DNA of 64,000 bases. Source: an uncultured delta proteobacterium (GTDB taxonomy: Bacteria > Desulfobacterota > Binatia > UBA9968). Made by a program: the position numbers and the translations under genes. The notes under the pieces are model-generated. The model did no database searches. It had not been told where the DNA came from and saw only the letters and a list, made by a program, of their open reading frames with translations. The stretch is from contig CAVSHR010000004.1 of NCBI GenBank assembly GCA_963727625.1, positions 1,216,001 to 1,280,000 of the forward strand, given 5' to 3'. Shown one piece after another: positions 57,793 through 64,000 of this stretch; position 1 is the stretch's first letter; each line of letters begins with the position of its first letter.

Positions 57793-59163
57793 TTGCATCC
57801 CCCCTTCCCGGTAGCCCATCATCCTCCGCTGTTTCTAATTCTCGCTATCGTGTTCGCCGGTTGTCTTTCTCCCGAGCGTCAAGTCACTCCGCCGCCCTCG
57901 CCGCTCGCCTTCCAGGAACTCGTCCAACCGCTGGCCCAACGACGCGGGCTACCCGTCAAGGAAGAAATTCGGATCAATCTGCAGGCCGCCCATGGCGCGC
58001 CGGGCATCGTGGGCGAGTTTTCCGGCGCAACGCCAATCGCAGAAATCGAGCGCGCCTACAAAAGCCTCGGCCTGTTGGCTGATAACGCACGACTCGGCCA
58101 CGCGTTTGGTGAATACCGGAGGATTTCGCGGCTAATAGACTATGACCGCACGACCGGCGAGGTGAGCCTGGGGCCGGAAGCCTACCGGCTAGGCGCGCCG
58201 CTTGAGAAAGCGAACCCGCGCGCCGCGCGTGAATTGCCCGTCGCACTGGGAATCGCCTTGGCGTTGCAAGATCAACATTTTAATTGGCGTGAGCGGGTTA
58301 GCTCGATGGCGCGCGAAGACCGCCACGCGGCTTTTCTCGCCCTGGCCGGCGGCGACGCGGCGCTTACGGCGCTTTCCGTGAACACAGGCGAAGACAGCGC
58401 CAATCAGCCGGCGGCGAAACTCCTACTCTCTGCTCAGATCGCCGCCGAAATCGACAAGCTGGCGGCAGCGTTGCCCAACTACTTGCGCCGCCAGTTGACG
58501 CTCCCCTACCGCGCGGGCAGCCAGTTTGTCTATTGGGCCTTCAAAGCACGGGGCTCGGTCGGCGTCAACGGCCTTTATGCTGAGCCGCCGCTCACCACGT
58601 CGGAGATTCTCCATCCGGAAAAATACTTTATCGAACACGCCGCGCCGCTGCGTTTTTTCCCAGCGGCGCTGCTGCGCCGATTCAAAGACGCCCCGATCGT
58701 TGACCGATCGTTAGGCGAAGACTGCATTGCCGGCCTGCTCAGCGGCGCGCACGAGGAAAAATCTGCCGAGGCGACGGCCGCCGGCTGGCGCGGCGACCAG
58801 CTCTTGGCATTTCGCGACGGCGTCAATCTCTCTACGGTCTGGTTCAGCTCGTGGAAAAGCGAAAATCAAGCCCAAGAGTTTTTGCGCGACTATCGAATGG
58901 TCATCGAGGCGCGTCATGGGGTCCGTTTCGGTTTTGCGTCCGCTCCAAAAAATGCGCTTTGGATCGCCAGCGCGCGCGACCGGCGCGGTTGGCTACTGCA
59001 AAACCATGGCTCGGTGGTGCTGCTGGTCAGCGCCGCTTCGGCAGGCCGTTTGGTCGAGCTTGCCAACGACGCTTGGCTGGATTTGGAGATCGACACGGAA
59101 ACGATGGAGCTACCGCTTGACTGGGCGAAGCTCAGCCGTCAATGGTCGGTCGCCAGTAGATAG
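57793..59163 (+). CDS. Hypothetical lipoprotein, zincin-like with a degenerate metal site
   Basis: Lipobox FAGC; ALQDQHF, GDA, PY..G..FV and PPLTTSEILHPEKY segments. Confidence 0.6.
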   Translation: MHPPFPVAHHPPLFLILAIVFAGCLSPERQVTPPPSPLAFQELVQPLAQRRGLPVKEEIRINLQAAHGAPGIVGEFSGATPIAEIERAYKSLGLLADNARLGHAFGEYRRISRLIDYDRTTGEVSLGPEAYRLGAPLEKANPRAARELPVALGIALALQDQHFNWRERVSSMAREDRHAAFLALAGGDAALTALSVNTGEDSANQPAAKLLLSAQIAAEIDKLAAALPNYLRRQLTLPYRAGSQFVYWAFKARGSVGVNGLYAEPPLTTSEILHPEKYFIEHAAPLRFFPAALLRRFKDAPIVDRSLGEDCIAGLLSGAHEEKSAEATAAGWRGDQLLAFRDGVNLSTVWFSSWKSENQAQEFLRDYRMVIEARHGVRFGFASAPKNALWIASARDRRGWLLQNHGSVVLLVSAASAGRLVELANDAWLDLEIDTETMELPLDWAKLSRQWSVASR

Positions 59164-60053
59164 CGGGCACCCTCGCGCTTCACCCGCCCCTCGCGCATCA
59201 GTTTCTCTAAATGCGCCTGCACGGAGAACTCCGCGACCCGTTGCAGCGCCGCCGACACGTCGGCGTATATCATCTGCGTGATATCGCCGATGGTGTTACG
59301 GCCCGCCCGCAGCGCGCCAAGCACCTGTTGCTCGCGCTCGAGGCGGTGCTTGATGTACTCGCGAATTTTCGCTTCGGCTTTGCCGATCAGCGGGCCGTGG
59401 CCCGGCAGGATCAAACTGATATCGAAGCCGAGCAATCGCTCGAGGGTCTTCATATAGTCGGTCATGTTGCCGTCGGGCGGATGGATCACCGCGGTGCCGT
59501 AACCGAGGATGTTGTCGCCGCTGAACAAAACTTTGTCGGCGCTTTCATAGAAGCAGCAGTGTCCCGACTCGTGCCCGGGCGTATGGAGCACATTGAGTTC
59601 GCCGTTGCCGAAGGATATCCGATCGTTGTCGTCGTATTGAAAATCCTCCCCGCCAAGATAACCCTTGCGCGACCGATGAATGCCCAGTTTGGCGCCGCAA
59701 CGCTTTCTGAGCGCCAACGCGCCGCCGCAGTGATCGCTGTGAATATGGGTGAGCAAAATCTTGTCGATTTTTTTGACTCCCATGGCCTCGGCCTGCTCGA
59801 TAATGCCGTCCATATTAGAATCGGCGCTCAGCGCCACGTCGATCACCAAACCGCTCTCTTTCCCGACGATATATTGGTTGGTCCCCTGCAGCGTCATGAT
59901 GCCGGGATTGTTCGCGGTAAACTTGCCGATGAATTCCGGTGTCGCCATCGCGGTCCCTTCAGCGGCGGATTCGTCGCCGCGCAAAATTGAATTGGCAAAA
60001 AAAAGTGCCAGCGAGGTTTTGCCCAAAGTCGCCAGCGCTTCTCGTCGGTTCAT
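59139..60053 (-). CDS. MBL-fold metallo-hydrolase, LACTB2-like, with a C-terminal winged helix
   Basis: NPGIMTLQGTN, THIHSDH, TPGH, FSGD, PGHG and AHLEKL motifs; start uncertain. Confidence 0.9.
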   Translation of the reverse strand: MNRREALATLGKTSLALFFANSILRGDESAAEGTAMATPEFIGKFTANNPGIMTLQGTNQYIVGKESGLVIDVALSADSNMDGIIEQAEAMGVKKIDKILLTHIHSDHCGGALALRKRCGAKLGIHRSRKGYLGGEDFQYDDNDRISFGNGELNVLHTPGHESGHCCFYESADKVLFSGDNILGYGTAVIHPPDGNMTDYMKTLERLLGFDISLILPGHGPLIGKAEAKIREYIKHRLEREQQVLGALRAGRNTIGDITQMIYADVSAALQRVAEFSVQAHLEKLMREGRVKREGARYLLATDH

Positions 60054-60071
60054 TAGAAATGCATTGAGTTT

Positions 60072-60143
60072 AGGGTCCAAGGTCTAGAGTCTTGGCTCGT
60101 TAATAACGACTAAAGACGCTGGACCCGGGACGCCAGACGCCTG
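60072..60143. repeat. Imperfect inverted repeat with about 7-nt periodicity downstream of acnA
   Basis: GGGTCCAAGGTCTAGAGTC ... GACTAAAGACGCTGGACCC followed by GGGACGCCAGACGCC. Confidence 0.5.
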
Positions 60144-60144
60144 A

Positions 60145-62838
60145 CTAATTCGCCAGCAACTGCCGCAGCACGTATTCCAAGATCCCGCCGTGACGGTAGT
60201 AATCCAGCTCCGCCGGCGTGTCGATGCGGCAGATCACTTTGAACTCCGTCGACTTGCCGTCGTCCGTAGTGGCTTTGACCGTCAACTCTTGGCGCAACTT
60301 CAGACCAGGCCCGATACCGAGAATATCGAACTTTTCGAAACCGGTGAGCCCATGGGTCTTGAGATTCTCTCCGGGTTTAAAAACCAGCGGCACGATACCC
60401 ATGCCGATCAAGTTGCTGCGATGAATACGCTCGAAGCTCTCGGCGATAGCCGCTTTAATACCGAGCAAGCGCGGCCCCTTGGCGGCCCAGTCGCGCGATG
60501 AGCCGGTGCCGTACTCTTTGCCGGCGATGACGACCAGCGGTGTCCCTTCTTTTTGATACTGCATCGACGCGTCGTAGATCGACATCTGTTTTTTGTCGGG
60601 CAGATGGACGGTCACGCCGCCCTCGGTGCCCGGCGCCAGCATGTTTTTCAAGCGAATGTTGGCGAACGTGCCGCGCATCATCACTTCGTGATTGCCGCGC
60701 CGCGCGCCATACTGATTGTAATCTTTGGGGAGTACGTCATTGTTGGTGAGATAGCGCGCCGCCGGACCGCTTTTCTCGATGGCGCCCGCCGGTGAGATGT
60801 GGTCCGTGGTCACCGAATCGCCGAGCAACGCCAGCACTCGCGCGCCGGCGATCGGTTTCGGTTCCACCGGCGTTTTGGTCATGCCTTCGAAATAAGGCGC
60901 CTCGCGCACGTAGGTCGACTGCGAGTCCCACTGAAACAGCTCGCCGCGCGGCACCGGCATCTTCTTCCACTGCTCGTCGCCTTCGGTGGCCTGGCTGTAT
61001 CCTTTCTTGAACATCTCCTGGCGCACCGATTTACGCATGGTCTCATTGACCTCTTGGGGCGACGGCCAGATGTCTTTCAAGTAAACCGGTTTGCCCTGGG
61101 GATCGTTGCCGAGCGGATCGTTGTAGAGATCCACGTCCATGCTGCCGGCCAGCGCATAAGCCACCACCAGCGGCGGCGATGCCAAATAATTGGCGCGCAC
61201 GCTGGCGTGGATACGCCCTTCGAAATTACGGTTACCCGACAACACCGCGGCGGCGACCAGGTCGCCTTCTTGGATGCCGTTGGCGACCGCTTCCGGCAGC
61301 GGGCCACTGTTGCCGATGCAAGTCGTGCAGCCGTAGCCGACGAGATTAAAACCGATCTTTTCCAGATAGGGCAGCAAGCCGCTGTCTTTGAGATATTCCG
61401 TGACCACTTTCGACCCCGGCGCCAGACTGGTTTTCACCCAGGGCTTGCGCGTCAAGCCTTTTTCCGCAGCTTTTTTGGCCAAGAGGCCGGCGCCGATCAT
61501 CACCGAGGGATTGGAAGTGTTAGTGCAGCTCGTAATCGCGGAGATCACCACCGAACCGTGTTTGAGCTGAAATTTGTCGCCGTTCATCTGCACGGCAACG
61601 CTCTTGTTGGCGTTGCCGCTCTTCATGAGCGAAGGCAGCGCTTCCTTGAACGCCTTCTTGCTTTCGGTTAGGGAAACGCGGTCCTGCGGCCGGCGCGGCC
61701 CCGCCAAGCTTGGCACCACCGTCGCTAAATCGAGTTCGAGGCTGTCGCTGAACATCGGTTCCGGCGAAGCGTCGGTACGAAACATGCCCTGCTCTTTCGC
61801 GTAAGCCTCGACCAGCTGAATCTGCTGCGAGTCGCGTCCGGTCAAGTCCAGGTAGCGCAGCGTTTCGTCATCCACTGGAAAGTAGCCGATGGTCGCGCCG
61901 TACTCCGGTCCCATGTTGCCGATCGTGGCCCGGTCGGCGAGGCCCAAACTGGAAAGTCCCGACCCGTAAAACTCGACGAACTTTTCGACCACGCCCTTCT
62001 TGCGCAACATCTGCACGACGGTGAGCACGAGATCCGTTGCGGTGGCGCCTTCGGGAAGCCGGCCATGCAATTTAAAGCCGATGACCTCGGGAGCGAGCAT
62101 GATGATCGGCTGTCCTAGCAGCGCCGCCTCCGCCTCGATGCCGCCGACGCCCCAGCCGACTACGCCCAGACCGTTGATCATCGTCGTATGCGAATCGGTG
62201 CCGACCACCGTGTCGGGATACGCGAACTGCGCGCCGTCTTTCTTGGTGCCAAAAACCACCGGCGCGAGATATTCGAGGTTGACTTGGTGGCAGATGCCGG
62301 TGTCGGGCGGTATCAGCCGGAAGTTGTCGAAGGCGGTCTGACCCCAGCGCAAGAAGGCGTAGCGCTCGACGTTGCGCTCGAACTCGATCTCGGAATTTTT
62401 CCGGAACGCATCGGCCGAGCCGAAAAAATCCACCTGCACCGAGTGGTCGATCACCAGGTCCACCGGCGCGAGCGGATTGATTTTCTTCGGATCGCCGCCG
62501 AGCCGCTTCATCGCCTCGCGCATCGCCGCGAGATCGACGACTGCCGGCACGCCGGTCAGATCCTGCATCAGCACCCGCGCCGGCATGAAGGCGATTTCTT
62601 TATCCGGCTTCGCCTTCGGATCCCAGTTGGCCAAAGCCTCGATATCGGCTTTGTTGACGTGATGGTTATCTTCCTGCCGCAGCAAATTTTCGAGCAAGAC
62701 TTTCAGTGAAACCGGCAGCCGCGAGACGTTTTTGAATCCGGCTTTTTCCAGCTCCGCCAGGGCGAAGATATCGTAGCTTTCACTGCCGACATGGAGTGTC
62801 TTGCGCGTGCCGAAACTGTTCACATACTTTTGTGCCAT
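60145..62838 (-). CDS. acnA: Aconitate hydratase A
   Basis: [36 protein letters not shown] and [10 protein letters not shown] motifs. Confidence 0.98.
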   Translation of the reverse strand: MAQKYVNSFGTRKTLHVGSESYDIFALAELEKAGFKNVSRLPVSLKVLLENLLRQEDNHHVNKADIEALANWDPKAKPDKEIAFMPARVLMQDLTGVPAVVDLAAMREAMKRLGGDPKKINPLAPVDLVIDHSVQVDFFGSADAFRKNSEIEFERNVERYAFLRWGQTAFDNFRLIPPDTGICHQVNLEYLAPVVFGTKKDGAQFAYPDTVVGTDSHTTMINGLGVVGWGVGGIEAEAALLGQPIIMLAPEVIGFKLHGRLPEGATATDLVLTVVQMLRKKGVVEKFVEFYGSGLSSLGLADRATIGNMGPEYGATIGYFPVDDETLRYLDLTGRDSQQIQLVEAYAKEQGMFRTDASPEPMFSDSLELDLATVVPSLAGPRRPQDRVSLTESKKAFKEALPSLMKSGNANKSVAVQMNGDKFQLKHGSVVISAITSCTNTSNPSVMIGAGLLAKKAAEKGLTRKPWVKTSLAPGSKVVTEYLKDSGLLPYLEKIGFNLVGYGCTTCIGNSGPLPEAVANGIQEGDLVAAAVLSGNRNFEGRIHASVRANYLASPPLVVAYALAGSMDVDLYNDPLGNDPQGKPVYLKDIWPSPQEVNETMRKSVRQEMFKKGYSQATEGDEQWKKMPVPRGELFQWDSQSTYVREAPYFEGMTKTPVEPKPIAGARVLALLGDSVTTDHISPAGAIEKSGPAARYLTNNDVLPKDYNQYGARRGNHEVMMRGTFANIRLKNMLAPGTEGGVTVHLPDKKQMSIYDASMQYQKEGTPLVVIAGKEYGTGSSRDWAAKGPRLLGIKAAIAESFERIHRSNLIGMGIVPLVFKPGENLKTHGLTGFEKFDILGIGPGLKLRQELTVKATTDDGKSTEFKVICRIDTPAELDYYRHGGILEYVLRQLLAN

Positions 62839-62991
62839 TGATCGCTCCTTAGTAAAGCTCTCCGTAGGTAACTTTATTTTTTAGCTAGCGCGACCGGATA
62901 AAGCAACAGTCGCTTTCGGTTCTTCTGCAAAATTTCAACCCAAGGATCATATTATTTGATGGAATCACCAGACACAGGAAAGGATCGCTCG

Positions 62992-63290
62992 ATAAATATA
63001 AGCAAATTCAAAACCTTAACGCCGTGCTTTTCGTTCGCAGCGATGCTTTGGCCCGGCGTCGGCCTGGCACCGATGACCCAGATTAACGCAGGCGACATCG
63101 CGATCAGCGGTGACGCTTTGCCCGCCTGGATCGCCAAGGACTCGGGCATTTCTGAAAAAACGGCCACGAAGTGCATTTGGTCTTCTTTACCGGCGGCACG
63201 ACCGCCGTGATGGTGCTGGTCTCCGCCGACACGCCGATCGCCCAACTGGCCGGGCCGGCGGTGGTTAATTCGGCTTCTCGCGGTGGCGTC
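62992..63290 (+). pseudogene. Truncated, frameshifted NitT/TauT-type substrate-binding protein remnant
   Basis: AISGDALPAWIAKDSGISEK continues as NGHEVHLVFFTGGTTAVMVLVSADTPIAQLAGPAVVNS after a one-base loss in the A6 run at 63155-63160; ATA follows the RBS where ATG is expected; similarity ends near 63290. Confidence 0.7.
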
Positions 63291-63354
63291 GCGCCCGAAA
63301 TATGCCGCCACTTCTTTTACCATGTGACCAGCACGGCGCACCAATACATAGATC

Positions 63355-64000
63355 TCAACGCACAATCGAAATCGCGATCGTTCCCGACACAACGCATATT
63401 GCGCCGAGCACGGTTCTAATCGTCAGGTTTTCAATGCCCCTGAGAAACAGCGTGGTGCCGAGAAGAATCCACAGCGGACTGGTCGCCACGATCGGCGAGA
63501 CGATGACGACCTGGCCGACGCTTAGAGCGACGATCACCAGAAGTATTCCCAGGGTTTCAAAAACTCCGGCCACAAGAAACGGTCCGATCGCTTGGCGGTG
63601 CCACACCGGCCGATCGCGAGCGAGCGGCGACAGCAAATAGCCGCCCAACCAAAAGAGCGAGACCAGCCCCACCGTCGCGGCAAAGTAAAGCGGCTCGTTG
63701 GCCAAAGTGAGCGCGTAGCGGCGGATCGGATGGCTGATCCCCGCCAGCAACGCCGCGCCAAGGGGAAAAGCGACATGCCATAAACGAAAGGAAGCTCGCT
63801 GCGCTTCGCTCCGCCAAGAGATCAACGTCACACCGCCGACGATCAGGACGGTGCCGAGTATAACCGGGAGGCTCGGATTCTCGCCGAGAAAGAGAATTGC
63901 GAGGGTCGTGCTGAACAAGGGATGGGAACCGCGCACCGTGGTGCCGCGTGCCGCGCCCATGTAAAAAATTCCAGCGTAAGTAAAAACCCGAATCAACGGC
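63355..64000 (-). CDS. EamA/DMT family transporter (5' part outside the window)
   Basis: Multiple TM helices; PLFSTTLAILFLGE and VSPIVATSPL motifs. Confidence 0.85.
   Translation of the reverse strand, partial: PLIRVFTYAGIFYMGAARGTTVRGSHPLFSTTLAILFLGENPSLPVILGTVLIVGGVTLISWRSEAQRASFRLWHVAFPLGAALLAGISHPIRRYALTLANEPLYFAATVGLVSLFWLGGYLLSPLARDRPVWHRQAIGPFLVAGVFETLGILLVIVALSVGQVVIVSPIVATSPLWILLGTTLFLRGIENLTIRTVLGAICVVSGTIAISIVR

Overview
A moderately GC-rich bacterial chromosomal window. Gene content and order suggest a deltaproteobacterium-like organism, possibly Ca. Binatota; this is inference from gene order and families, not a database result. Most of the window is housekeeping genes on the minus strand: ftsEX-envC-ctpA, xseA-M23-xseB, hppA, tatC, leuS-lptE, yceD-rpmF-plsX-fabD-fabG-acpP-rpiB-glyA-nrdR-ribD-ribE-ribBA-ribH-nusB, yebC-ruvCAB, queG and acnA. 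It also holds gdhA, rpsT, rlpA and tRNA-Leu(TAA). Accessory stretches lie at about 1-5.6 kb and 15-27 kb. The top candidate for an undescribed system is an NtrY-like sensor kinase (51246-53477) directly followed by a single ORF fusing an intact response-regulator receiver domain to an intact LpxC (49926-51224). This suggests phosphorylation control of the committed step of lipid A synthesis. Other notable items: a tandem pair of unknown membrane proteins, each preceded by a conserved leader with pairing potential; a dispersed GTTCAA-rich repeat; a RibBA with an eroded DHBP-synthase active site; a fab cluster lacking fabH and fabF; a B12 radical SAM protein with a duplicated C-terminal tail; and several apparent pseudo-enzymes. 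No CRISPR array, rRNA, transposase or integrase was seen. Start codons were adjusted by eye and some are uncertain.
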